The translations under genes and the position numbers were made by a program. The notes beneath the pieces were generated by a model, which saw only the letters and a program-made list of their open reading frames with translations, was not told where the DNA came from and ran no database searches. This document shows, piece by piece, positions 40,534 to 57,314 of a DNA stretch of 64,000 nt (positions within the stretch are counted from its first letter, which is position 1; every line of letters starts with the position of its first letter). The DNA comes from Eledone cirrhosa (Eukaryota). The stretch covers positions 340,814,001 through 340,878,000 of the forward strand of contig OZ024743.1 in NCBI GenBank assembly GCA_964016885.1. The letters run 5' to 3'.

Positions 40534-40535
<2 letters not shown>
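37285..40535 (+). mobile_element. Penelope-like element, 5'-truncated, with about 950-bp inverted copy of its 3' end (37285-38240 vs 39505-40535)
   Basis: GIY-YIG ORF, 1.5-kb 3' region and inverted pLTR, (AT)n-bounded. HHR-like motif at 40423-40496 with a variant core (ATGATGA). Confidence 0.9.
38250..38973 (+). CDS. PLE GIY-YIG endonuclease domain, open frame but 5'-truncated
   Basis: IKLSFSTTSNI...CNCRSTATCPMAGKCLTKNIVYDCKV...YVGATATEFKDRWYNH...STALSELVWKLK...CNLCIAE...LINR...CQH. Confidence 0.9.
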
Positions 40536-40567
<32 letters not shown>

Positions 40568-40882
40568 GGTGTTGCCGTTTGCTTGAAGCATTGTCGAATA
40601 TGGAATATGAGATAAAAAACGAAAGAAATTTAGTTATTTGGAAGCCCGACAATGCGTGTTTTATGAAAATGCCAACTTAATAAGAAAGTAGAAAGATAAA
40701 AAGAACACTGTGAAGTGAAATAAAAGAGTGCAGACAATAAGAAGTTACCTTAGCAATTTTTAATTATCCCAAGTATTTTCGGGTTTTCCATCAATTGTCA
40801 AGAGGAGCCCGTAGGGGGGTGACATCAGAGAGAAATTTGAGAAATTTCGTGGTCAGCTGATTTATTTTGATTACATATATAC

Positions 40883-41081
<199 letters not shown>

Positions 41082-41155
41082 TGACTATTCAAACAGTACT
41101 TAAAACGATAAGTTCTTGTTTTTTGGATATGACACTATTTATAAAACAACTTTTG

Positions 41156-41216
41156 TATTTTATCTGATGAGGGCGTACCAAATTTTTGGTACCCTTGAAA
41201 TATATATAATAAAATA
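41156..41216 (+). ncRNA. Type I HHR motif
   Basis: TATTTTAT-CTGATGA-[GTACCAAA tt TTTGGTAC stem II]-GAAA-TATATA-TA^ATAAAATA. Confidence 0.8.
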
Positions 41217-41754
41217 AATATGGTTTTACAAAGATAGTTTCCATTTATTAATATCATTAATATATATATATATATATGTGTTTGTGTGTGTGTGTCGTTA
41301 TATATGTATATATACAGAGTTGTGTATTGTAACAGCGCCAATGTTTATGAAAATAAGCACATTTTTAATATGTAGACTTATAAGCATGCCAAAAAATAAG
41401 AATGTTCCTCTAAATTGGAAAAATGATAAACAACTTTAGTTAATTAAGACGATGGTGTATTCGTAATCCTGAATGAACCATAGGTCTTTGATCATAGTTC
41501 TGTGATTATAGGTCTGTTGCTTCAGGGTGGATAAGCAAATTATTACGTCCATTTAAGAATACTTCTATGAGCAAATGGGCATTCAAGTCCATAACATTCG
41601 TGTTTCCTTGTGGTTGTTTAGATGATATACCTGACTTCTTCTGAGGACCCAACTAGGTCCGAAAATATACACATTGTCGCATGCTTGGTTACACACTCAA
41701 TCTATATACAAGTATAACTTTATCGTACACTTCGGCTGCTTAATGTACATTTCT

Positions 41755-41886
<132 letters not shown>

Positions 41887-42329
41887 GAAAGGTATAGAAA
41901 GTATTGTAGCAAGAAGCTAACAGTATTCCATAATATATAAGTGACTATAGCGTCAAAATGGGAAAATAGTTAACGTAAGATATGGGAAAAATAACTCAAA
42001 CTCAATTAAAAAAGAATCAGGATATAGATTTATCCAACAGAATTTAGTGAAATCCAGGGAAAAATCAATAGAGCCTTAACTCATGATAAAATAAAGTTTA
42101 AAATACTCATCCTTCAATTTGGGACAACTACAAATGCTCTGTATAGCCTTGAAAAAGACTATTTCATGTAAACTTTCATTGGAGATGGTCACGGTTGGAA
42201 TAGGATCCTCAGCAGAGCTCAACACGATAGCCAGATTCTCACTGATTAATATGCCAAAAAGGGAATTTAAAAGCAGGCTAGTTTACCATCATGCGTGATT
42301 ATGAAAACAAAACGCACATGTGGAAAAAC

Positions 42330-42361
<32 letters not shown>

Positions 42362-42365
<4 letters not shown>

Positions 42366-42980
42366 TAATAAAATAATGAATAAACAAAGAAACAGTTCCT
42401 TATATTAAACAAATTCATCATTTTACGATCGTTTCTAGGATATATATGTGTTAGAGTTGGTATGCATATTCTATAGATCTATGTACTATATTTATACAAA
42501 CTATCAGAGGGAATATACATACCTACACATATATATGCTGTCTTCAGAAATAATGATATTTGTTTATTGAAAAAAAAATATATATAGAAGAACTTTAAAT
42601 TATGGGTAGAGGAAGGTAGATTTCAGTTTTGAAATCTACCTTCTTCTACCCATAATTTAAGGTTCTTCAACTACTATATTACTATCTTGATCCTCACTAT
42701 CTCTCTATTGTTCAATTCAAAACCTGTTCCCAAACAGACCTATTGAATTGAATCTTGGTTTTTTTTTTCAATAAAAAAATATCATTATTTCTGAAGACAG
42801 CATATATATGTGTAGGTATGTATATTCCCTCTAATAGTTTGTATAAATATTGTACATAGATCTATAGAATATGCATACCAACTCTAACACATATATATCC
42901 TAGAAACGATCGTAAAATGATGAATTTTTTTAATATAAGTAACTGTTTCTTTGTTTATTCATTATTTTATTAATTTATCT
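42362..42980. repeat. Fold-back element, about 260-bp arms, centre about 42627, extra sequence in right arm
   Basis: Inverted arms seen directly, starting at (AT)n. Confidence 0.9.
42782..42923 (+). ncRNA. Type I HHR with about 105-nt stem II (mirror at 42415-42556 -)
   Basis: TCATTATTT-CTGAAGA-[ATATATATGTGT/ACACATATATAT and GGTATGTATATTC/GAATATGCATACC]-GAAA-CGATCG-TA^AAATGATGA. Confidence 0.75.
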
Positions 42981-43109
42981 TGACTCTGTTTTCCGTTTAT
43001 TTTTCACCGAAAGTAGTTTTTGAATGCATCTTCTCTTTTCATGATATCCGGATTACATTGAGTTCTTCATACGGATTGGACACTACCGTAAACTTTTGGT
43101 AGATTTATC

Positions 43110-43180
<71 letters not shown>

Positions 43181-43187
43181 AAGTATA

Positions 43188-43241
<54 letters not shown>

Positions 43242-43521
43242 GTCTATAGAATCACCAGATAAAATATATACCATTTCCTCTCCCAATTAGCATAATTAAC
43301 CATATAAAAAATCGATTAGACCAAGCTATAAGAATAAAGGCTTCCATGAAGAAATCTTATTTTATCTGGTGATTCTATAGACATGTTTTATGATATATAG
43401 CTCTGACTATTTAATTTATTAACTCTTCATTGAGCCACAAAGTGACGCGTTGCAAAACACACACATATATATATACATATATATGTATGTAAACCTTTAT
43501 ATATATATATATATATATATA

Positions 43522-45058
<1,537 letters not shown>

Positions 45059-45255
45059 CAGGGCTTCCTGATGATTTCTCCTGTATGAAACAGTTGTAGT
45101 CCTGTAGAAACCATTTCTATATTAAATATTTATACTCTGCTATGTATTCATTACCTTACTTACTGTGGTTACCCCCGATTGATCCCGGGATAAACTTATA
45201 TATATATATATATATCCTACTCCTTATATATATATATAAATATATATATCCTACT

Positions 45256-45299
<44 letters not shown>

Positions 45300-45301
<2 letters not shown>

Positions 45302-45750
45302 AGTAGGAACATCTAGGGAAGAAACGTCAGTGAAGCCCCCACCTCATGTAATGTTTTAGGCCCTTTACACCTTGCACTCTAAGGAGGACATTGCATGAGA
45401 TGTTCTTCTGTTGGTGTCTTTTAACAGCGTAGATATCAGAGACTCGTGTTTAGGGCACTTATGCCTGAGGAAGATCACATTTGTCCCTCCTCGACCAGAT
45501 CCAGTTGGAACTTCTCTTCATTGCATCTATCGTTTTTTAGATTTCGATCCTCTTCTTCCTAGAAATTAAAAACTGTTTCATGAGATTGTTGGCAAATTTG
45601 CTTGAAACCTTCTGGCTTCAACTTTTAAGGCAAGAACGTTGGCTCTAAAGCTGGCTTCCGTCAGAATTGCATAGTTGTCGGAAGGAGGATAATGAAAGTT
45701 GATCTTGGCAAGAAACGCAAGCAACCAGTCTGCTATGAAATCGATGAACG
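45300..45750 (-). mobile_element. RLE-type LINE 3' remnant (HERO/NeSL-like)
   Basis: Minus-strand NYAILTEASFRANVLALKVEARRF and SSNWIWSRR resemble EVGARGF...SxWIWxRR. Degenerate. Confidence 0.5.
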
Positions 45751-46020
45751 GGAGTAAATAATTGTTTCTACTTTTGGCACAAGGCCAGCAATTACTCAGT
45801 GTATTACTGGTACTTTATTTTATCGACTCCGTAAGGATGAAAGGCAAAGTTAACCTTGGCGGGATTTGAACTCAGAATGGCAAGGGCCGTAACTCTATGC
45901 GTCAAATCATGGCGTCCGACCCTCTACCAATACTGCCAATCCCCTCCCTGAACCGGAGTAAATAATACGAGTGAGAGGGAAAGAGAGAAGGCGGGAAATA
46001 GAGAGAGGGAAAAAGAGAGA

Positions 46021-46725
46021 GAGGAACCTTGTCAGCTACGAAAAGTTTTTGCTAATATGCTGCACAACTGCGATCTCGCCGACCTTCTCACCCTGTGGAA
46101 CAACCAACGTGAAAGTCTAGCTGAGGACATCCTCTACCGCACACGCAGACAGAATCCAAACGTAAGATACGATGTCGTTTTCAATGAAGCGCTCATTTGT
46201 CTTGAAAACAGTGTCCTGAACATTGGTGGTAGGCCTCTAAGTCACTACAGCTTACCTGCTCCTGACAGGAGTGTCCAGAGGTCAACGTCTACAGAGCTTC
46301 TCCCCGAGACGAGCTACGAAATCAATGATTCTCCCATGGTAAATTGTATGTAGGTTGCTCTAGGGTGAGCTCGCCAAACAATCTCTGCATCGTTGCTCCG
46401 GAGGGCCGAACAAAAAATATTACTTACTCTGAGGCTCTAATAATGTAATTTAAATATTTTCTGTTACTTGGAATTTCCAGTATGGATGTACAAATTATTG
46501 TTTGTTAAAAAATGTGTTCTCTGTTCAGCCTTTATTGTTGTAACTATCAATTTTCTTTAACGTACTGGCTGCTGGGGAATCGTAAAATCTATTCAAACCC
46601 AACATCAGAGCACGTTACCCACCCCCCTCGCTGACTTGAAATGGCGTCCGGTATCTTTGCACTGGAGTGTAGGGGGATTCCTGAAAAGATAAAATGCCGG
46701 TACACCAGCCGGACGAGCCAGCTAG
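46021..46725 (+). mobile_element. Internally deleted Helitron, 3' part
   Basis: LWNNQRESLAEDIL...FNEALICLE...GGRPLSHYSLPAPDR (RepHel linker) fused to FSHGKLYVGCSRV...TKNITYSEAL (Pif1 helicase end). Terminates in GC-rich GCCGGTACACCAGCCGGACGAGCCA-GCTAG followed by T. Confidence 0.8.
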
Positions 46726-46826
46726 TATATATATAAAACTAATGGCTTAAAAGAGGCTGTTTCGAATATTATTAATCGAATATTATCAATATTCGAAAAA
46801 CTCAGATTACATTTATTTTATTTATT

Positions 46827-46948
<122 letters not shown>

Positions 46949-47820
46949 GAGAGAGTGAAAGGGAGAGAGAGAGAGAGAAAGAGAGAAACAGGTAGAGGAG
47001 GAATATTTATAGAAATATTCCAAGAAATTGACATGAAGTCTTATCACGTTTCATTAAAGATGAAGAAGAACTAAAATTATGAAACGTACTTTTTGATTGA
47101 TTGCACTGATTTATTAGATTAATCACTCGATTACAATTGAAAAAACATTTGGGAAAGTTACAGTACAACCTGAAATAGATTAGTTTTAAGATTTAATTAA
47201 TTGAAAGCTGGCTATCAATTATTTTATAGGGTGGGGAGTTTCTGCATGAAAAACACGTAAAGTGTTGATTAACATAAAGAATGTACTGTTATCTTGATTG
47301 AAATTTAACTCCAAAGGCGAAACAAAAAAATGTTATTAGAGATAAGCTTTTCGAAATTAGGTTGGACGGCAGTCAATTTTGTAAAAAGAGAAAGTCGTTT
47401 AAATCAACACATATTTTATTTTGTCGACCCCGAAAGGAGTAACAGTAAAGTTAATTTCGGCGAGATTTGAACGCCAAACGTAAGCAATAGTTTTTAGTTA
47501 ATAGTGGACACACAAATCAAAAGGTAACCGCTACGCAAAAGAGTATGCCCGTAGTCGTGAAAAACTAAGTTTCGCGGATCCAACGAGTTAGTCTTCAACT
47601 GTGAAGTCATAGAAAAAACGATGGTGTATTTGTAATCGTCAATGAACCATAGGTAATTTTAAATCTGTTGGCTCAGAGCGGATATGGGGATAAATCGTTA
47701 CAACAAATTCATTTGAGATTGTGCGATAAATCATTAGGATATTAAAATAAACGGGAGCTTGCACGGTTAAAAATAATCGCTAAATTTCACATATACAATC
47801 CTGTTGTTAAACATAAAAAA

Positions 47821-47864
<44 letters not shown>

Positions 47865-48136
47865 CAGGAAGTGTAACTTGAAGTTACTGTAGGTTCACCC
47901 GGGTGAGCACTTGATGTTTAGGTTCACTTTAGTGTCGAAGTGTAGAGCTATACAGAGTGTATTATAGTGAAAAGATAACAAGGACGATTGGTTACTCCTG
48001 CATTACATTTATTGGTTGGTGACATGCGTTTCGCCACTGATCAGCTCAAGGTTCGATCTGTATCAATCTTACCAGACTTTGTAATCCGCGGCTAGTCGGA
48101 CCCCTTGTAATGTTAGTAGAAAATGAATACATGCTG

Positions 48137-48218
<82 letters not shown>

Positions 48219-48544
48219 GTGTATATATATATATATTAAAATACAAATATTAATAAAATAGATGTTCTTTTGATCAATTACATTTTATTATACATATTTC
48301 GGATGTACAAAAGTACGTCCTCATCATATATATATATATATATATCATCGTTTAACGTCCATCTTCCAAGGTAGTATGGGTTGGACGCTTTTGTCCCACT
48401 TGAGGCGAGATTGGTCGAGAGATCGTGTCTCGCTCGTACAGAACTATTTTTGGCAGGTTTTCTACGGTTGGATGCCCTTCCTAACACCAACCACATTTGC
48501 AGCGTGTGTATGTATATATGTATGAATGTATGTATATATCTATC

Positions 48545-48705
48545 TAGGGCGGGTAACATTCCCGAGATCCATGGACGAGTTCTCTCCAGCGGTCTCCGTC
48601 CCTCATCATCGCTGCCATGTCTTGCGTCTCCAAGAGACCAATGTCTGTCCTTAGGGCATCAACACATGTCAACCTCGGCCTTCCTCTTTCACTGTGTCCA
48701 TATTA
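48545..48705 (-). mobile_element. RTE-like LINE extreme 3' coding fragment
   Basis: Minus-strand GHSERGRPRLTCVDALRTDIGL...AMMRDGDRWRELV. Confidence 0.6.
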
Positions 48706-48870
48706 GTTTCATATCAAATAATAATAATAATAATTAATATCCGATTCGTTTGCAAGCAAACAACCACATTACGCTGTGTTTTTCGTTGATAATAAAATAT
48801 ACCGTAATGAGACTTTTTGTTGCAAACGAATCGAATATTGTTATTATTATTCAATATAAACCCCATAAAT

Positions 48871-48989
<119 letters not shown>

Positions 48990-50262
48990 ATTGGCGGTAG
49001 TACTTAGCATTTAAACATAAAGGTGTATATGATAAATACATATATAAACATATATTACAGGTTTATGCACAATAAACATATGGGTAGCCTCGCTACCGAA
49101 CAAAAATATTTTTTCGTGAAGAAAATTAATTTTTCTTTCTACTTTCCTCTGTGAATATATCACAGATATGCCAGTACCTTTTAAGAATATCACTCTGATA
49201 ACACGCTGATTCAAGATTTCTAATCTTTCATCAGTGACATTCACTCAACCCGTAGCAACATGTAATAAACTATTACATGTCTGTATAGAATTTTGCGTGA
49301 TGAAATTTATATATATATATATATATAGGATAACACGGTATCGTTTAAGGTAATCCAGTTAGAGGTTATGAGTACTCTGTATCGAGGATAGTTTTAAGGT
49401 AAGGCGTTGTTTGACTCAACAAGAAGTTTCCTTAGTCGCATGGCCGGTTTAAGAATGTCCCTAGGCGGCGGTTCTTGGAGTAATAGCAAAAGAATGAAGA
49501 ATAACATGGTCGGCTGTATAACTTCTAACGATCACCGGCTTATAGACACACCGGACTAATGAAACAATTGTTAATACTGTAAATAAACCTTGTTGTACAG
49601 CCGCCCGCGTTATTCTTCATTATTTTGTTATATATATATATACATATATATAAATTTAGTGGATCATATAAAGATCTGAGTATTTTTGCATCCAGCGAAA
49701 CAATTTTAACAAATATGCCATATTTTTTAGCTTAATAGATATTATATATACATACATACATACTTTTATGTATACATACATATATACATACTTATATACA
49801 TACATACATACATACATATACACATGTATAGATACAGAAACATATGCACGTGTGCACATATAACGCAAAACATACAGATCTACACATGCAATAACACCCG
49901 TACGTGCACATCCACACAAACACATACATACATATATATTTAACTAGTTGATGTTATCTAATTTCCATTGAACAAGTCTTGTTTCTATGTTAGAAACCCC
50001 CTCTCTCTTTATTGATGAACATATATGAAATAATAAAACCAGAAGAAAATAGATACATATCCCCTATATATATGAACAAATTTAGGACCCCGATAGCTGA
50101 GCCCCGGCCGTTTCGACGGCAAGATCCGAACTAAAGCACTTTAGTTAGGATCTAGCCTTCGAAATGACCGGAGCTCAGCCGTCGGAATCTTGAATTGTTT
50201 CATATTACCCGTATCGAGTACTCGGGTGGGTCATGGTCCACCTGATATTTTACCACGCGCAA

Positions 50263-50319
<57 letters not shown>

Positions 50320-52068
50320 AGAGTATTGAAGTTTGCTTGAAGCATTGTGGAACAATAAGGTAAATTTCTTTAAGTCGTTTGGAAGCCTCGACAATGCAGA
50401 TGGGTAAATTTCCGGGTAACAAGATCCGGTGCAAAATTCTGCTTTCATTTCCAAATATTAATTACATGAATGAAATTATTTATCTGAAATTAAAATATTA
50501 TTGAATTTAGAAGTAGTAGTATACTACATTTAGAATGTAACTTTATATTTCAATGTAACAAAGGATATTTTTGATGTAAATGAAATCCCAAAAGTGCTGT
50601 TGCTACATAGAACAGAAAGCTCTCCAGTGTTTTAATTAGATGTCGGTTTATAATATATTAGACTGTAAATATAATAAAGAAATACAGTATTAATGCGAAA
50701 TGTATATTAGTTCAGAAAAAGGCGTGTATAGACCTATATAAAATATCTATGGTTATGTTTATAAACATTCATGTTATTTTGCTATGAATATTTTAAGTTG
50801 CAATCATATTACAACAACGTCAGTTTCGGTATAAGCGTATTACTTCAATATTCTATCGTGGTCATGCTGGTGTATTATCATTGATGATATCGTTCTTGGT
50901 AGTCTGATAATTATTGTGCTCTAGTCATCATTCGGTGTAAAGAGATTATATAACTGGAGCGGAATAAATACTGCAGCGGTAATCAACAATAGCAATTCAC
51001 ATAAACTCAAAAATGGCCCCACAATCACGCTCACACCCACCCTTCTATGCATCTATGATTTGTGATTCCAGATAAATTCCGTCTGCTAAATTTACATCGT
51101 AAGGCACTGATTAAAACAACTTGGTAGAAAGCCCAGAACAATCAGCCGCGCACAACATCATAAAGTAAACTGCGCGTATGGGAAGCTTTCGGTAATGGAT
51201 GCTGATAAACAGAGAAAAAAGAACATATATACACAAATATATAGTTACGCTACTATTGTAGTTGATAAATTAAAGGATTAAAACAAACAAGGATTCTTCG
51301 GTGGAGGGCAAATCAATGCTGGTTGTAGAGTATACATATTAGTTTGACTTGGATTCTGAGTTTTACCTTTTGCAGATAAGTAATAAGCATACAAAATGTG
51401 CTGGAATTTCTGAAAAGAATCTCATTGAGAATTGTAAGTAATTACCTACGAGAGAAGAGATTAACGAACTCTTTTGTAGTAGGGATTCGTTTACATTTTA
51501 TAAATTAGCTTATATTAAACAGAATAAAAAAGAACATAAGAAACAAGAAGAAAGGAAGAAAACAAAGACAAGACAAAAATAAAAGAAATGAAAGGAACAA
51601 AGAGAGAAAAAAATGGGGAAAATCGGGGAAAAAAAGAAAGGAATATTTTAATGAAATTTGTGGAAGATTAAAATTATTTAAAGAAAGTTAAATTTAGTGC
51701 ATGACATTCCGTTTTGCCAATGAGGTCAATTTATGTTGGCATTTGTGTGGGTTGTCAATTCACAAGGTTACCTGTAAACTAAAGTTATTTCATAAGCATT
51801 CTGAACAAATATCCTCTTGGAAATATCGCACGTACAGAACTTTGAAATAGAAACTCTACAATAACTTAGAGTTAACAATCTATCACCTATACAATTAGAA
51901 AACATATTTCTGTACAATTATATCGGCCATTATATATATATATATACGCCGAGGTTAACTTTGCCTTTCATCCTTACGGGGTCGATAAAATAAAGTACCA
52001 GTGATACACTGGGATAATTGCTGGCCTTGTGTCAAAAGTAGAAACAATTATATATATATATATATATA

Positions 52069-52500
52069 ATGGAAAAATTTGAACAGGGACAAAACAGAGA
52101 GGCAGTACAACGAATGTTTATTAATTTCACGCTCTGGAGAGTGGGGTGTTGGTGGGGGACGACGTTTCGGGCATAAGCCCTTCCTCAGGTGAGAAGTGTG
52201 TGGGAACAGAGTTCAAAGGGTGTGTAGGGGAGTGGTGGAGAGACATATAGCGAAAGGAAACGGTGCGAATGAAAAAATAAAAAATAAAGAATAAAGATAA
52301 AAATAAAAATAAAGCATGATCAAAATACAAGGAATGAGATAAATTTAAAAATAAAGGCATGATCAAAATAAACTGAAATTAAAAGGGGGGTAAACAGGTG
52401 GTGGAAGGGTGTGGGGTGTGTAGGGGTGGTGGCGGGTGGAGTGGGGAGAGGGAGTCGGGGTGTCCGAGCGGGGAGGGCTGAAGGTGGTGTGTGTGTGTAG

Positions 52501-52531
<31 letters not shown>

Positions 52532-52847
52532 AAAGTAAGGGTTGGGGGAAGAACGGGGTTTCATGTTCAGGAAGAGGTGTGTGTGTGTGTGTGTGGGGGG
52601 GTCCGGAGTGTCTGTGCGTGTGTGGATAGAGGGGTGGGGGGAGAGGAATCAGGAGGCTGAGGGTGTAAATATGTGGTGGAAAGCACGTGCGTGTGGGGTT
52701 TAAGCGTGTTGTGGGTGAAGGTGGCATGTGGAGAAAAAACATTTTTGGGGGTGTGTGTGTGGGTGAGTTAGATAGGTGATTACGTAAGAGGATGGTTGAA
52801 AAGTTGGTAAATTCCGAAGATGTTTAGTGGATTGGTTGTTGGTCAAT

Positions 52848-52848
<1 letters not shown>
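52069..52848 (-). mobile_element. 3' end of the Neptune-type PLE family seen at 1-1829, (AT)n on both sides
   Basis: Homologous to 1-356. Minus-strand HHR core CTGAGGA-aGGGC ttat GCCC-GAAA-CG-TC at 52161-52189 (stem I weak), then AATAAA. Confidence 0.8.
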
Positions 52849-52896
<48 letters not shown>

Positions 52897-53408
52897 GTGT
52901 TTGTGTGTGTGTGTTTGTGTTTGTGTGTGTGCGCGCGTGTGTGCGTGAGTGTGTGCATTTGTATAAGCACACCCACACACACATATATATGTATGCATGT
53001 ATTTGAAAATTGAATTGAATCAATAACCTCGCCGTATTTGATTCCAGAAATAGTCTTATAATTGTTTCTACTTTTGGCACAAGGCCAGCACTTACCAGTA
53101 CATTACTGGTACTTTATTTTATCGACTCTATTTTATAGACCCCGTAAGGATGAAAGGCAAAGTTAACCTCGGCGGGATTTGAACTCAGTCTGTAAAGGGA
53201 CGTAACTACTTTCTACCGATACTGCCAATCCTAATAACAAAACGTTTTAGCCCCTAGAGCAGAAAAATGAGTATTAGTTTGGTGCATTTGTTTTCGTTCT
53301 AGGGGCTTATACGTTATTAGACTATTTTCTATAATAAAAGAAACCAACTAAGTTAGTTCATTTCAATTTTCAAATTCCGATACCGACTTCTAATCACGTG
53401 AGATATAT

Positions 53409-53462
<54 letters not shown>

Positions 53463-53957
53463 ATACAAGCAAATATTGCTTATATATATATAAATATATA
53501 TATATATATAACGAAGGAAATGTGATAAGGAACCAGGTGGACCATAACGCACCAAAGTACTCAATACTTAGGGTAGTAGAGTGGGTAATAGGAACGAGTA
53601 GGACCCCGACGGCTGAGCTCAAGCCGTTTCGACGGCTAATTCAGTCCTGAATTAGCCGTCGAAAGGGCTACCCGCTTGTTTTCACGTTATTCGATCACCA
53701 ATACAAAGTTATAACCAGTCAATTCATCGGAGCTTGTGAGAATGAAAGGAATATACAGGCATGGCTACTATATATAGTAGTAATGGCATTCAATCAGAAC
53801 AATAACAACAATACTAACAATGCTAGCAATAAATTATTTGAAATAATCACAACATCAATCTAGGTGGGAAGTATAGTATATCTACGATTTTAGCGTGTAA
53901 AACTAGCTGACTTTACCTACCTCTTGTTATAATTGTAGTCATCATGTTTTCTCTTTA

Positions 53958-54040
<83 letters not shown>

Positions 54041-54496
54041 ATGTATATATATACCTTAACCTCTGTATTAACTTGCCCATTATATTGCTACTCTGTTAAT
54101 GTTGTCTTATACATGTATGTTATTGATGATGAGAAAGCTAGACAACCCTTTCATCTAATATAGACCACACAAATATTACTATCCTCACTACAGTTATAAA
54201 TTCTTCATATGTCAGATAATAAATGATTCTTACGGCCACCAGACCTACATTGTTTAAAGCCACCGGCTTATCTTTACACTATATATAATACACCCCATGT
54301 CAGCTTTTACATGTCAATTTTATACATCTGCCTCATGTCAGCTAGTTTCACACGCTAAAATATTAGATATACTATACTTGCCATGGAAACGCATTGTTGA
54401 GTCAAACTTAGCCAAGCGTTGATATCATCCACTACCCGGAGTACCATAACTGGACTACACTTAAGTGGACTACCTATAACAAAAAATTGTTACCCC

Positions 54497-54592
<96 letters not shown>

Positions 54593-54789
54593 AAAAATGA
54601 AATGATGAAAAATGATGAAATGATATATATATATATATATATATACGTTATTCCGGGTTGAATCGGAAGTAACCACAGTAAGTAAGGTACTCAATACATA
54701 GCACAGTATAAACGTTTTAATATAGATGAGATTATACAGGACTAGAACTGTTTCATTCTTTAGAAATCATCAGGTATCAAAAAATAAAT

Positions 54790-55800
54790 ATTAATGTTAA
54801 TTCTAACCACCCAAAAAACATCACTGACAACGTAGTAAAAAGCGTCTTTATTAGAATCTCTGGCCTCTCAGCCAACGAAGATATTTTTAACGCCTCTGCC
54901 TCCTACTACAATGACGCCCTCACCCGCAGCGGATTTAAAGAAAAGATAACCTACCTAGAATCCACCGCAAGATTGCAGAGGAGGAATAGGCATAGGCAGA
55001 TTATCTGGTACAACTCTCCCTTCAATACAGAGGTCTCTACACCGATAGCTAGGATTTTCTTCACTTTGCTGAACACACACTTTCACACTTCCCCATACAG
55101 CATAGGTACTACACCATCTTTAATAAGAACACAATAAGACTCCTACTCCACCACACCTAACCTAGCTAGGAATATACCCACTCCTTCAGAAGACCGGACA
55201 AATCAAACCAGACAACACTCGCCTCCTATGTTTGGGACCTCAAAAGGAACTCCACCCCCTTCACGCTTAAATGGAAAATACTCCAGAAACACGCTCTTAC
55301 AACACAGGACACAAGGACTGCGACCTTTGTATCTCAGAGAGCTATGAAATTTTATTCGCCAAGGGTACGCTACTGAACAAACTCTCTGAACACTGCCCGA
55401 ACTGCATGCACAAGAACTTTGCAACTTTCAAATACCTTAAGCCAGTGTTAATGCCCGATGGCTAAAAACGACTTCCTCCTTTTAGTCCCTGTAATGCAGC
55501 CTCGACAGATGAATACTGCATGATTATGGCTGATAACTGATGCAACCAAGACACCATAGTAAAAACCAATATATGGAACATTATATTATGTAACATTATC
55601 CCATTATTTTAATTTATATTCCTTTGAAGTTCCGATGAGCCACTGTGTTTTTTAAATATGTTAATTATTTTCAACCGAACCAGATCAATTATGATATATA
55701 GTCATCTGATCCAGAAATATTATATGGAGTAGCGAAACAATTTTAAACGGACATTATTATTATTAATATTATTATTATTATTCTCTACATTCCTTACATC
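54790..55800 (+). mobile_element. PLE remnant (RT thumb and end of GIY-YIG, internally deleted), same general type as 38250-38973, preceded by inverted pLTR-like piece at 54645-54775
   Basis: SNHPKNITDNVVKSVFIRISGLSANEDIF...YNDALTRSGF...RQIIWYNSPFN...IFNKNTIR and CDLCISESYEIL...LLNK...CMHK. Confidence 0.8.
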
Positions 55801-55873
55801 AAACTAAAATATGTTGACAATCTTTTAATAATGTCTTCCTTGTGAAGTTTGTGGTCTTGTTTTGCTTAACTAA

Positions 55874-55965
<92 letters not shown>

Positions 55966-56481
55966 GATATATGTATATATATAAGTAGTATATATATATA
56001 AGTGGAATAGAATGAAACGAAATTTCAAGTATGTATGTATGTATACGTACATACATATATGTATACAGACGTACAGTATTATGTATATATATACATACAT
56101 GCACACATATATTCACGTATCGGTTTACCGAACATTTATTATAATGCTCGGTTTGTTTGTAAACAAACAAACAGCCCGAATTACGCCGTACAGTGTCTAG
56201 GCAACCACGTCACCTTTTTGGTCAACACTGACACAGCAACGATGTACTAGTTTCAAGCTTATTAGCTATCGTCAGCATCCTATACCTTCCTGCCAGATGA
56301 TTGTTGAACGTCTGAAAGTATATACTTTCCTTATGCCTATTAACGGCTGAGCAGCCTAATTTGCATATCGTGTGAGTTTATATATAAGTAGTATATGTAT
56401 ATATATATATATGTTTGTATGTATATATGTATTTATATGTATATTTACGGGCATGTGTATCTTTACGTGTATAGGTGTATG

Positions 56482-56527
<46 letters not shown>

Positions 56528-57236
56528 CTAACATCACCACCGTCACCACCGCTAACTCCACCAAGGCCCCATACCCCCATTCACCCATCTTAGTTATTTC
56601 TCTACACTCTTATATACACCATATCTTATAGCGTCAGATTTCATAATATTTCATAATAATATTCTTTATAATCTATATATCTTAATCTATTTCATTTTAA
56701 TTCTAATTTTAATCTTAATTTTAAATCGATTTTTCATAAACATCTTTTAAATATAGACTTCCTATATCTTATACAACCACACCACACAGTATTCCAACCC
56801 TCCCCCTACCAAAAAATACCCAATGAACCTCCTATTTGATTTTGCTAATTCCACCAGTATTTCCTTTTCTCCTCTACTGACCCCCACACCCAACATCATC
56901 ATCATCACCTACTAGATTCTATCGCTCCTGACCCAATTCATCTTACCTTATTACATTAAATATATCTATTTCAGTTGATCAAACTTTACAAATTATTCTT
57001 TCAACCCATAACCTCACTACATATACATTATTATCTCCCTTACATAACCCCATTCCTCCTCACACGGCCACTACCATCCTTTTCATTCTATTTTCATAAT
57101 ATTAATCCCTCTCTTCAAGTAATCACCTCTGAGCCATCCGTCACCTGTGCTGCCCCTACCATTGAAAGTTTAGTTCCCGTATGTAAAAAGACTCATTATT
57201 TAGCCCTAATAAATTAGTATTTAAACTATATTTCGT

Positions 57237-57314
<78 letters not shown>

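Noticed and set aside
41640-41670. CTGAGGACCC...GGTCCGAAA as HHR
   Set aside because: The core overlaps stem II and there is no stem I or cleavage triplet.
50450-51900. Repeat-poor stretch as host exon or promoter
   Set aside because: No long ORF or convincing exon signal was visible. A small exon cannot be excluded without transcript data.
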